NCBI GenBank assembly: GCA_002245135.1
Contig: NGBS01001166.1
Coordinates: forward strand, 62,001 to 126,000
Length of the DNA stretch: 64,000 nt
Source of the DNA: Proteromonas lacertae
Taxonomy: Eukaryota
Reading direction: 5' to 3'
In this document: piece by piece, positions 1-12,900 of the stretch
Position numbering within the stretch: position 1 is the stretch's first letter
Layout of the letters: every line of letters starts with the position of its first letter
The notes under the pieces: generated by a model
What the model was told of the DNA's origin: nothing
The model's database searches: none
What the model saw: the letters and a program-made list of their open reading frames with translations, nothing else
Made by a program: the position numbers and the translations under genes

Positions 1-587
1 CTCAATTTCTTCTATTAATAATACAATATTGATAATTGCTGTAAATTTTTCAAAATCAATTTGATTTTTTAAGGAATTATTGAAAAACTATTACGAATAT
101 AATTTCAAAAAACATATACATTAAGTAATTTACTATTAATTGCTGGATAGCATTTAATACAAAGTTGTGAGAGTAGTTTAATGCAATTAATACGAGAAAT
201 GCAATCATCATCTGTGTAATAGATTATAGAGGAATATACCTGGACTGGATTTTAAAATATCAAAAGAAAGACTGAGATTTTCAAGATACATCTTAAATAA
301 TATATATTAAACATATGATACATTTCCATCCCTTGGACAAAGTCGAATATAACGTAATGATCTGAATATAGTTGTACTTGGCATTGACATTTGTGAAAAA
401 CTAGATAATAATATTTGAAAATAATACTATTCAGCTGCAAATTCTATTGCATTCTCTGGACGATTTTCAAGCAATAAAAGTAAGCAATCTTTCAGATATT
501 TATTGACTCCACTTTTATCTATTATCATAAGTCGATAGTATATATACTAAGATAATCATTATTTGTTCTTGTTGAATCACTACTCAT
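1..587 (-). CDS. TPGS1/CSTPP1-like protein (tubulin polyglutamylase complex subunit 1-like, N-terminal RIIa/D-D fold), 5' part; runs off the window
   Basis: Not in the ORF track. ATG at 587 and five ~27-31-nt GT-AG introns give MSSDSTRTNNDYLNKSGVNKYLKDCLLLLLENRPENAIEFAAEYFSQMSMPSTTIFRSLRYIRLCPRDGNMYLENLSLSFDIL...IKLLSQLC...IDFEKFTAIINIVLLIEEIE. The GV..YL...L..LLE.RPE..I.F.A.YF pattern and downstream layout resemble TPGS1. Confidence 0.6.
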
Positions 588-748
588 CTTGCTGCGAAAA
601 TTAGAAATTTGAAAAAATAAGAAGGTTTATGGTTTTCTGGTCATTTTTTCAATTTAATTTTATTCCTGATAGAAAAAACAAATCAAAGAAATATTTACAG
701 AAGAGTAAATAATAATAATATATAAATACACTAACCTTTAAAGAAAAA

Positions 749-2254
749 TTAAAACATACTCCAACCACCAGTTAATGCTCTCCTTTTCCTTATTAAACCT
801 ATTTCTTCTGGAGTAAATCGCAAAACTGTAGCAATAGCATTTTCCATATGCAATCTAACATCATTCTCACCAGCACTCATATACTGAATTATTAGGTTCT
901 TTAAATACTCTTCTTGTGTTTTTGCTAATGATAGTGGAGATGTAGTAGGTTTACCATCACCACCCTTCAACAGATCTACCTGTCTTTCCAAAAATGATAT
1001 TTTTTCATCATATTCTGATTTCATTTTCATTGATTTTCTTTTGTATTCATTAAACTCTGCTTCTAATCTCATAAAATTATCTTTCTCTCTAGCTTCTTGA
1101 ATAGTATCAGATACTTGATGTTTTTGAACCTCTTTATTGGCTTGATTATATTGAGTTCTCCATTGAGCAGCATCAGCTCGTAGTTTTGTAATAATTTGTT
1201 TTTGTTCACACACCAAATTTTCAAATTCATCTTTCTCATTCTCCAATTCTTGCACTTTTCTCTTTAACTGCTCATTTTTGTCTTTTAATATTGCAAATTT
1301 CTTCTCTGCTTCTTCTAATTCATGTTCTGTAGTTTGTTTTGATATTTCATGTACTTTTATATCAAGTGTAGTATTCTTTAACTATTATAGCAGAGAGAAT
1401 GATTATAATTTATACAGTTTCTAGTGTATTTGCCTTTTGTCTCAAATCCATTTCTGATTTTACCCTGTATTGTCTAAAATCTTCATTTAGTTTATCATAT
1501 TGATCTTGTAAATCTAATAACTTTTTATTCTATTGAAAAATATTAATAAAACGAAGAAAAGAATATAAATACTATTTTTTCAACATCTTTTGGTGATAAT
1601 GAATATGTTGGTAGTTGTAATTGCACATCAGAACCTGTTACTAAATCTACTAAATCTTCTTCTTTGATCCATTGACAAGGTCTGTTAATATCATCGTCAT
1701 CTTCATCATCACTGAATTCTGAAATAACCTTTTGTGTTTGGCACATCTTACATCGTGTGTTATCATTAATATTTACAAATGAACATTGAGCACACTTCCA
1801 TGTCTCACTATCACTGAAAAATTCTACCAAACACCATGTCTGGCCATTTTGATTTATTCTATGATACACTTTGGATGGGACACGAGAGTCTAGTAAATAT
1901 TATACATATCAATTCTTACCTGGTATTTCTACATCACCTGTGAATTTCTGTTTCATTTGTCTCAATTCTTCCTTTTGTGACTATTGAATCAAAATATAAT
2001 GAATACATCGATTCTTCTCTTTTGATCATCAATTATCTTCTGATTCTCAGCGAAACCTTCCTTCATTTTTGCTGTTAATTTTGCTATTGCTGAATCTTTT
2101 TCATCTAGCTTCTTTTTAGAATCATCCAGTGCTTTCTTCGACATTTGAACCAGCCTTATTAATTTATCCATTTTTTCTTGCTACAACATAGAGAAAATAA
2201 GGGATATACCTGATTGGATGAACCTTCAGTAGCATCCTCAGTAGGCGAATTCAT
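749..2254 (-). CDS. GRIP-domain golgin (coiled coil) with an internal RanBP2-type zinc finger
   Basis: ATG at 2254. ORFs 1989-2171, 1543-1869 and 749-1255 join through short GT-AG introns. C-terminal EYLKNLIIQYM...AIATVLRFTPEE...W is a GRIP motif, and WKCAQCSFVN...RCKMC is a RanBP2-type finger. Confidence 0.75.
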
Positions 2255-2362
2255 AAAAACAGGTTTTTAAAATTAAATATAAATTGAAACGGGTATATTT
2301 TTACTTGAAACGAATATTATTTTTGAAACAGAAATAAACGTTTCATTTGATAAGTAGATGAA

Positions 2363-5300
2363 ATGAGCAGCAATTCAAATAAAAATATATGTGGAATAGA
2401 CGTTGGAAACAAATACATCGTTTTGTCTTTGTATAGTTCTCAATCCAACATTACAAAATTGTTTGAAGATAGTTATGGGAAGAAGAAGATTATGTATAAA
2501 TATATCAGTCTAAACTGAATAGAAATATGATAAGTTTTAGAAAGGAGGGAAGATGTTTCGGATTAGAAGCAATTAATAATGTATTAAAACTCTTTCTATT
2601 ATAGGAACGCAAATATTTTGAAGATACTCTACACTTTTCAACTGAGTTATTCAAGAACAAAGGTGATTTTATCCCAGAATTATCGCTAAGTTATTATTTC
2701 CCCAATTATCAAACTTTATTTACTACTAACGCTGATCAGAATATATTATTTAAAGTATTATTAATGTTTTTAGATATTTAGATACAAGTTTCAAATGAAG
2801 AGTATTCTATAGATCAATATTTCTTAATGATATTATTTTATATTAAAAGTTTGTTTGAACAACAGAATATCAGAATAGATAGCTGTATACTATGTGTTCC
2901 ACCCAAATTTGGATCAAATACAGTTAATCATATAAAGAAGTTATTAGAAACGTCCAGTATAGATATATAAACATATTATTTATTATGTATAGATATGAAA
3001 TGTGAATATATTATACCATCTTATATAGCAACAGCTTTAACGTATGGATATGAGAATAACAGTTTGTTAAATAAACAAGATATAAGATATACATTATTCA
3101 TAGACATGGGATATGTAATAACATCAATAACAGTAGTAAAATATATAAAAGGAAAGTGTAAAATATTATCCAATTCATCTAGTACAAAGTTAGGTGGTAG
3201 GATGATAGATAAAATAATTTTAGATGAATTTCAAAAAGAAATATTAGAAAAGCATACTATTAATATATATGATGATTTTGAACAGTATGTTAAAGTAAGA
3301 AATGCAGCTATTAAAGCAAAAGAACAATTGGCAGATGAAGGAATTGATAGTGTTCCAATATTGTTTGAAGGAATATTACCAAATAACGAAGATTATGAAA
3401 CAACTCTATGTCTAAATTCATTATTAGCAAAGAATGTGTTTTTATCACAACTGACTGAGCTTATTGATAAAGCAATAATTAGAGCAGGATTAATTGATGA
3501 TGAGATTAAAGTATTAATTCCTACTTTAGCAGGTGGTTCAATGAGAATCCCAGGAATTCAAAACTACATAATTCAACACTTTGAAGAGAAATATAAGAAT
3601 AAAATATTATTTAATAATACTTTAAATTTAGAGCAGAATCAAAGCTTTGGCTGTTGTTATTATGGTGCAATAATGATAAAGAGATGGGAATATGAAGTGG
3701 AAGATACAGTAGACAGTGTGAATGATAATATCATATTTCCTATGAAACAGAATGATGATGAGTATTATAAGAAAATATATAAGATTGAACTTGCATTACA
3801 ACAAAAAGATAAAGAAAAGTTTGAAACACTTGCTGAGGAACAGAAGAAGCAAGAATTGAGGAATATGCAATCAGATTTTGAAGAATCATTGTATTTTATT
3901 ATTTATATTATATTATAGAACATCATTTAAGAAAAGAGTTACATCCAAATCAAAACTATCTGCTTATAAAAATTTTGAAAAAGAAGTAACAGTAATAGAA
4001 GATAAATATAACAGTGACAAAGATAACATCAATAATTTAAAGGAATGTTCCACACTTTTATCTACAAAATCAGGCAATTTCGAGACTTTAACAATGTTGG
4101 ATGACAAATTTAATAGCATAAAGAAAGAGATAATGGAATGTGAGAATTTGATTAATTCAAATGAAAATATTAATGGTATTTCAGATTATCAGTTACAAAT
4201 AGAAAATTATAAGAAAATAATTGAACAATATCCTCAAGGTAAAATAGAGGAAAAGGACTATAAATATAAACATAAAGAATTTAGTGATATATTTGATAGA
4301 TTGGTGGAGATATTTAATAATTTGAATAAAATAATTAACCAAACAAAAGAACAGAAAGATTGTGATGATTTGTTCCATAAATTATCTAATTTAATGTATA
4401 TATTTCTTTTCATTTTCCATTTTCAATATATATATATAGTAAGAAATATGAAGATTTATTAAACGTAAATATCAATTATTCTGAAAGAGATGTTTCAATG
4501 GAATTTATAAACAATGCAAAACAAGAATTATCAACAACTTTATCAATAAATAACTACTTTGAACAGAAAACAAAGTATTTGGATATATACAGAAAAGTTG
4601 ATGATGAATTTAGAATCTTACAGTATCATTTAGGTAAAAGAGATATTAAAAAAGATATAGAAGATTTGTATGAAATAATATCAAAAAGAATACAAGAGTA
4701 TTATCAACTATTACAACAATCGAATCATATAGAAGATTATAAACACTTCAATGGCTATATTATTGATATAAAATCTAAGTTAAATCAATTAAGACAAAGT
4801 CAAAATTATGTAAAGACAAAAGAGCATTATGAAAAGATTATAAAGTCACTAGATGCAATGTTACCTCGTCTATCTGAAGCAGTTGATTATTATTTTAATC
4901 ATTTAAAAGAAAAGAAATTAGCAGTTATATTACCATTATTAAATACATTTAGATATAAAACTGAATTGATAGGAAATCATTGTCAAGAGTATAGTATATT
5001 TGTTACAAGAGCTGAGGAATATTTGAATGAACCAAATAGAACAGAGGAAGAATTTGATAATTTTATCACTCAATTAAAACATAATTTATCACAGTTGGAT
5101 AAATGGTTTTATGAATCAAAATATGATGCTGTATATATTATTGTTTTTGTTATATTATATTTTATTATTAAATAGGCGAAATATAAAACTAAACCAGAAC
5201 AAGCTGTAATATTAAAGAATCAGTTGGTTGAAATAATAAAGAAGTTTATACTACCAAGTAAATATAGACCTTTATCTCAGATGTTAGCTGATGCTTCTCA

Positions 5301-6313
5301 CTTTCTTAATGATACTTCCGAATTTTTAGATAAGTCAATCGAATCAAAAGAAAATTCCAAATTACATAAGGCAAATACAATATTTTATTGTATCACTCCG
5401 ACAAATATATGAAGCGACAATCGTAACTGATGCTGATAAAGAAAGAGAAAAACAAGAAAAGAATAAATTAGATAAATTGAAAGAAGAATATAATGGCTTA
5501 CTAAGCGTCTTATCAAAAATAGTAACAAAAATGTCATTAGGAAATGATGAAAGAGCAAAAGAAAATGAAGAGTATTTGCAAAAACTATATGATTGGGTTG
5601 CTAAAACTCATACAAAAAGTTCATATGAAAGAGAAATAAAGACATTAAGAGATTATATTTCAAGATTAGAAGAAAAAGAATCATCTAGAACTTACAAGCG
5701 AGAAATTAATGATATAAAGAATCAAGTATTTACATGTAATGATATTAAATTTAGTAATTGTTTAGCAATTAGAGTGTATGGTAATAATAATATATTGTGT
5801 GATTCTCAAAGAAGTATAATTCAAGGATATTCGAATATAATTGAAAAATGTTCATCTTGTATAGTTGTTAATGATTTTAATAAAATATCTGATTCTGTTC
5901 AAACTAAAGTTTATGGTAAACAAAATACAATTTTTAATTCAAAAGTAACAACAATTATTGGCAATGAGAATCTAATTGAAAGTGGTAAAAGTGTTGAAAT
6001 TACTGGTAATGTAAATCAAATAAATAAAAGTAATAGTGTTGTTGTAACTGGAGAATCTGTTAGGAATGAAATTAATGAATGTTATGATGTAGTAGTAATG
6101 GGTAATGAAAATTCAGTTTATAAATGTAAAAGAGTGGAAGTGAATGGAAATAATAATAGTATAGTTGAAAATGAAACAGTAGTTAATTGTGGGAAAGGTA
6201 ATGCTTGTACAAATAATAAAGATTTAACAGTAGGATCTAGTAGAAAGATAATAAATAAAGAAAATGGTGATGATGAAAATAACTCAATGATAGAGAGTGA
6301 AGAAGGTAATTAA
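2363..6313 (+). CDS. Divergent Hsp70/Hsp110-like nucleotide-binding domain + helical coiled coil + C-terminal beta-solenoid repeats
   Basis: ATG at 2363 gives MSSNSNKNICGIDVGNKYIV (phosphate-1 motif). Later motifs are FIDMG, LGGRMID, KAKEQL and LAGGSMRIPGIQ. Short GT-AG introns link the ORFs, and one +1 frame break at ~5330-5410 is needed to reach the 5477-6313 ORF. Confidence 0.7.
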
Positions 6314-6451
6314 TATATAAATCTACATAATTATATATTCAGAGTTGTTATTTTAATTTAGTTTTGAGTTATTTATTAAAAATAAGTTGAATTTAAAAAT
6401 TATTATGAATAACTGAAAAGAAACGACTATATTTTCATTTTAGAATTTAAA

Positions 6452-9400
6452 ATGTCATTTTCTTTCATAAATGAAGTATTATCGTCAATTTTACCATGTG
6501 ATTGTGAAGTATGTATGCTAGTTTATTTTTCTAGATAAAGCAGAGAGTAGAAAAGAGTGTAAATGAAGTTAATTTAGTAGTTCAACACCAAGATGATGTT
6601 GAAATTGGTGAAAATATTTAATGTATGTGTAATGAAAGAAAAGAAGATATTAAAATTACTAGAGAACAACTCTTTGTTGTTAAATTGTTGTAGATCCTTT
6701 ATTTATCCTTCTTTAACATATCAATATAATGATAATAATGAATTTATGAAAATATCGCGAATATATTATTCAAGAGACTTAGAAGAGATAATTCAAAGTA
6801 ATTTATTGTCAGGAAGTGATATTTGTAGTTTGATATGTTCTCTATGTGATAGTTTGATGGTATTGAATGAATTAGATATAGTTGTTGGTAATTTGAAGAG
6901 TTCAAATATAATATATGAAGAAAATGGTGAAATAAAATTATGTGATTTGTTCTTGAATTTGTTGAGAAAAGAAGAAGAAATGAGAATGTATGACATCTGC
7001 TTCAAAAGCCCAGAAGAGTTGAATGGATTAGAATGTAATGAGAGAAGTGTGATATGGTCAATTGGCTGTATATTATATGAAATGATTTGTAAGAAATTAC
7101 CATTTAATGAAGATAATAATATGAATAAAACCCTGAATAATATCATTAGAGGTAGATTTTGTGGTTATATGAATGATGATGATATTATGAAAGAAATTGT
7201 TGGAAGAATGCTGAAAGTGAAGAATGAAGATAGAATGAGTTTGAAAGAGTTGAGAAAAGAAATGATAAAAGTGAGTGAAATATTGAAGACTGACAATAAT
7301 TTGATGATATGCAATGAAAGAAAAGAAATGTTATATAATAATGATAAAAATATAATAACACTCCCGATAATCTATCTACCAAAGTATTATCTTGAGAGTA
7401 ATAAATGGAAAGAAATTCGAGATAGATTGATAGAATCTTACAACCGTAAAGCTGATGAAAAAATATTAGGAATATTATTGATAATGAAATTAGACAAAGA
7501 AGATGAATCAATAATAAACAAACTGAAATTCCAAATCCATCATAAATGTAAAGAAAAAAGAAAGGAATGTTATTTAGATAAAATAATATTTAGTAGCCAT
7601 AGTACATTTGATAATGATTTAATTGTTAGTTCATGGTGTATTTGTTTATGTGAAGAAGGAGTGAACTATTTGTTCAGAATAATGAAATTAATTAATCCAA
7701 CAAAACTTAAGTTTAGTATGGCATTCAAATATCAATTATTATTTGGATTTAGTTTAAAACACTTATCAAACCTACAAGTATTAGTTTTAGAATCATGTAG
7801 TCTTTCTTTTCATTTCGTTCAATCATTTGTTAAATCAATTCCATTTTTGAAATTGAAATTTGTAAATCTTCAATGTATTTTTTTCAATTTTTCGCTTATA
7901 ATTTGAATTAGATAATCCAATTGGTTTAAAAGGATTCAGATTGTTACTTCCATATTTACATTTATTAATCAACAAATACGATATATTAAATCTTGAAGGA
8001 ATGAATTTAGATGATGAATCAATGATATTATTATCAGAAGAACTATATAAATATGCAAATCTTGCATGGATTAATATTATGCACAACAAAAATATTCATT
8101 CAAAAGGATTAAAAGCTTTATTCTCCAAATTTCCTATTTCAAAAATAGTATTTGATTTTAAGGGAAGTGAAGAATTACTGATTGACAAAGACATTCCAGA
8201 ATTAATCGAATACATCAAAAACGAAGATGATTATGAAAGTGAGTATTATGATGATATTCTGAATGACTTAGATCTGAATAATTTAGAAATAGATGATGAT
8301 TTTATCAAATCATTTATGTCTTTAAGATCAAATGAATTAAAGAAAATAAGAATGTTATATTTGAGTAGTATTATTTGATATTTCTCTATTATTTAGATAA
8401 TAAACTAACATATAATAGTGTAGAAATACTGATTAACAATTTGACTATATTTTCAAATCTAAAACATCTTGCATTAAACGAAAATGAAATAGGAGATGAA
8501 GGAATGAAATTATTATCTCCACATTTAGATCTGTTAAAAGACTATGATAATAACATTAACTGTTCAAGTATAATTGTAATTTTTAATGTTATAAATAGAA
8601 ATGGGTTTATCTTCAACTGGATTAAAACAATTAATAAGTGGTTTAAAGAATATAAATGGAAAGATTTTACTTGATATAAGTGAAAATAGTATAGATTCAT
8701 CAGGAATAGAATATTTGATAAATTATGTGAAAGAGAATGGCAATACAGAAAAGTTAAATATTCACAGTATTATTATTTGCTCATATATATAATAGATAAT
8801 CCAATTGGAAATAAAGGATTAAGATTATTATTGAATAACTTAAATATTTTAATATTAATAACTAATTATCCATATGAAATGGACTTAAGCAACATATCAA
8901 TAGATGATGAAAATGTAGTGTTATTATTAGATAAACTAGAATCTTCAGAATGTAACACAATCAATTTAAATGGAAATAATATCAGAATGAATGGATTAAA
9001 ATTACTTCATTCTAAATCATTAGAAAAAGAACAATATCCATTTATAAAGATGAAGAATTCTTCATGGAATGTTGAAGAATTGGATTATTATTTGGATTAT
9101 TGTATAAAAAGAAAAGAAAATATGGATATGAAAAAAAATATGATTTTTCAAGTATAATAATTATATTTTTAGTGAAATAGATATGAATCTGAATGATTCT
9201 CACATTTCATTATCAAAAATTGATATATCTAATAATAGAATAACTTCAAAAGGGTTGAAAGAATTTACAGATTCTTTAACAAAAGATATATATGATGCAT
9301 CAATATTTAATAATCCAATTGGAGATGAAGGAGTAGAGCTAATTTGTGAACATTATAGTATATTTGTTAATTTTTATCATGATGATGATAATGTAAAATA

Positions 9401-9701
9401 TAAACATTCGTTAAATCTTTCAAGTAATATATATGATATTTTTATTGTTTGAATAGATATAGGAATGAGTGAGAAAGGATTGAAGATGTTAATAGAAAGA
9501 TTAGATAAATATAGACCATTAAATAAGATTAATATATCAGGAAATGAATTAAATGAAAGAGAATTGAAACTGATGATAGATAATAGAGAAGCATTTGATG
9601 ATTTAGAAGAATTAACAATAACAGTGAAAGAAAATATTGATCAATCAGAATTAAAATCATTTTTAGAAGCATTTTCAACAGTAAAAATAATCAAAATCTG
9701 A
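6452..9701 (+). CDS. NEK-like pseudokinase fused to ribonuclease-inhibitor-type leucine-rich repeats
   Basis: Kinase motifs are degenerate (VVGNLKSSNI for HRDLK..N, CDLF for DFG) but SPEE and IWSIGCILYEM are retained. Many LxLxxNxIGDEG repeats follow over short-intron exons. There is one +1 break near 6588. Confidence 0.75.
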
Positions 9702-9709
9702 GTTAGGCT

Positions 9710-9730
9710 GGGACAGGGACAGGGACAGGG
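9710..9730 (+). repeat. (GGGACA)3GGG G-quadruplex-forming hexamer repeat just after the kinase-LRR stop codon
   Basis: The sequence GGGACAGGGACAGGGACAGGG is read directly and matches the G3-N3-G3-N3-G3-N3-G3 pattern. Confidence 0.8.
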
Positions 9731-9956
9731 AAATATCCTGGGACAAAATCAAAAAGAATATCCTTTAGCAAAACTCAGATCAAGTTAAATGGAATATCAG
9801 GAAAAGGAAGAATTATAAAATGAATTCTTTAATATTGAGTAGATAATATATGTTTTTAGTTATATATAACAAAACAATTAAAATAATAAAATAAGAATGT
9901 TATTTATATATATAAAAAATAATAATTTAACAATTTTATAGCTCTTTTATATCTTT

Positions 9957-12900
9957 TTAATCAACTCTATCTAAAGCAGTCAATCCTTTCTCTGCTGCAG
10001 TTTCTACCAACACTGTTGTAGGTTCTTGAATTAATATAGCTATAAGAACTGAACCTAATAGAGAAATTGCCCAATACTGACTTTGTTCTTTTGTATATGT
10101 TAAACCATAAAGTAATGTAACAAATGTCATAATAACAACATAACAGAACATAAAGAAATTTGCTAATACTACCATGAAAGCTCTCATCTTTCTTGATCTT
10201 CTCCATTCCAAATATTCCTTCTTTCTTTTAGTTCGTACTAAATTGATTGATTTCCTTAAAGCAAGTACTATTTTCAATGTTACTGAACCATCAGGATCAA
10301 CATCACTGTAATTGGTCATTGTTGTTGTATTGGCTGATATTGTTGTAGTATTGTTTGCAGTATCATCTTGCTTTATACTACTTTCAGCAGTTACATCTAA
10401 ATCGGGTATAACAACTTCAATTTTAAATGAAATATATGCAAATAGTAATACTATCTTCACTAATAATATAAATGAAGCAATAACGAAATAAGTAACATAT
10501 AAACCAGACCAATCATTTAATGTATCATGAAGTCTTGTTCTACATGATGGAAATCCTCCTTGAGCTAATATTAATGGAGTTGTACAATCTGTTACATTAT
10601 AATCACTAATTGTATTATAACCACAACATTCTAAGTTTTTTTCGACATATACTAATAATTCGTCAAATCCTGGTGTAGTTGTCCATGTTTTCCATATTGA
10701 ATAGGTTGATGATGTAGTGTCATTCCATAATACACAATATATTACAATTGCTATAATATAAACCATCAATAATAATATGTTGAATATAATCAATGAAGAT
10801 ATTTGACATTTCTTTTGATCAGATACAACCACAAATAATGAAGAAGTTTCTAACAAAAATACCACAAATAGGAAAGCAAACACTATACTGAAATAGCCTG
10901 ATGGTAATAAACATAAAAATGTTACAAAGAAAATCGCATTTAATATATCATATGCTAAATCTGTTGTTATTAAACCAGCTTGTAAATAGAATAAAGTACT
11001 CTTTGCATGTCTTTTAAAGAATCCTTTTAATTTCTTCCACATTGTAATAATACCTCTAACCTTTCGTTTAACAGTACCAGATGAATAATTATTAGCATAT
11101 TTATATAAATATGGTAAAATGATTGTTGCTGGTAACATTGCTAATGATGAAGCAATCATTGTAAATGCTAATTGTCCAGCATTTCTATCTGATGTTGCAT
11201 ATAATCCTGCATTAACAGCACAACTAGTCAATACTTCACATAATAAAATAATAACTCTTTGATGTCTATTTACGATTGTTAATTCTTTAACTGTTGTACA
11301 TGATGGAGATAACCAACTGTGATGATTTCTTATGTTGAATATAAATTGATCAGTAAAATCTTTTTCTCTTCCTGTTTCCCAATCTTCATCATCTACAAAA
11401 TACCCAAATCTCATGAATGAGAATGACTGCCAATCTTCTAATCTGTCATATTCCTTATAATCATAACATTTATATGCCATTATTAGAATAATACCAATGA
11501 ATAGTATTACGCATGTAACAATTAATACAAATGTATAATCACCTTTGAAATCAATCTTTAAAGCAGCTTCATTCAAATTACCAACTTCATTTATTTTTGG
11601 AGAAATATCTTTTTTATTTGATGTAAATTTATTCTTTATTTGTGTTCCAGCACAAATCAAATATCTAGAACCTCCATCATTAGATATAATACCAACTACC
11701 ACTAATTTCATTTCTCCATTCAAAGTGTCATTAGTTGGAGTACATTGAATATGTATTAAATCAGCATCTTGTGTTAATCTTTGAAGTATATAAACTACTG
11801 AAGGAGTAGTGCCAGTACTAGCTTTAGATCCTCTTGTATTTGGTGAGTAAACTTCGATTGTTACATAATTTGAAGTAATATTTTTAACAATTTGTGATGA
11901 ATCTGGATTATCTAACCAACTAGTGATTATTATAGTAGAATCTTTATTTTCAATAATCTTTTCACTACTAATATATACTGTTGATTCTCCTACATATCTT
12001 TCTGGATCGATTATATAAGATTCATCAGCTTTGATAAATTCAATACTCACTGCAGATGATGTAACTGTTAGTGGTGGAGCATATAATGATTTAGAATACA
12101 TCAATCCTATTTGTTTGTACAAATCTGGATAATTTTTACCATACTGTTCAACAGGTCTATCTACATTACTATCATTAGTAAGTAATAACTGTTGATTCCA
12201 TTCATTATCTATTATTAATGATGTTGTTTTTACAACATTCACAACCAAATCACTTGGTATTTCAATCTGTTCATTATTAGTATTTTTGTCATTTACTATA
12301 TTTCCTGTTTCTGATATAATATGGTGCAATAAATCATTGATTGTCTTTACATCATCTTCATTGATATTAGTTGGATATGTAATTAATGAATTCAATGCTT
12401 TTGACTGTAATTCAAAGCCACCAACTATTGTATTTTGATAGATTGTCTCATTCATTGCTTTAACTATATTACTCTTAAATGTAACAAGTGAATTATAATC
12501 ATTTTCATTGTATTGACATGCTGAACCTTTAAACCCATTATTACATTTACAAATCGAATGACAATTAGGATCAGACTCTCCACAAAGATCTTTTGTTCTT
12601 ATACATTTTCCATTTCCAGAACACTCACTACCAACTAATTTTCCAGTTCCTTCTGTAATGTATTGTCCTGGACATAATTTTGGAGGTGATACACATACAA
12701 CTGTACAATTTCTATATTCTGCTATATCACCATCACAGGTAGTATTACTATCAGTTGATAAACATTCTCTATATCTTGACTGAACTCCTCTTACTGCATC
12801 TCCATTATACACTCTACAATAACCACTACATTCAGTCCAATTACTCCAATTACTCCAACTTCCGTTTGTATTTATTTCTGTGTTACAAAGACTAATATCT

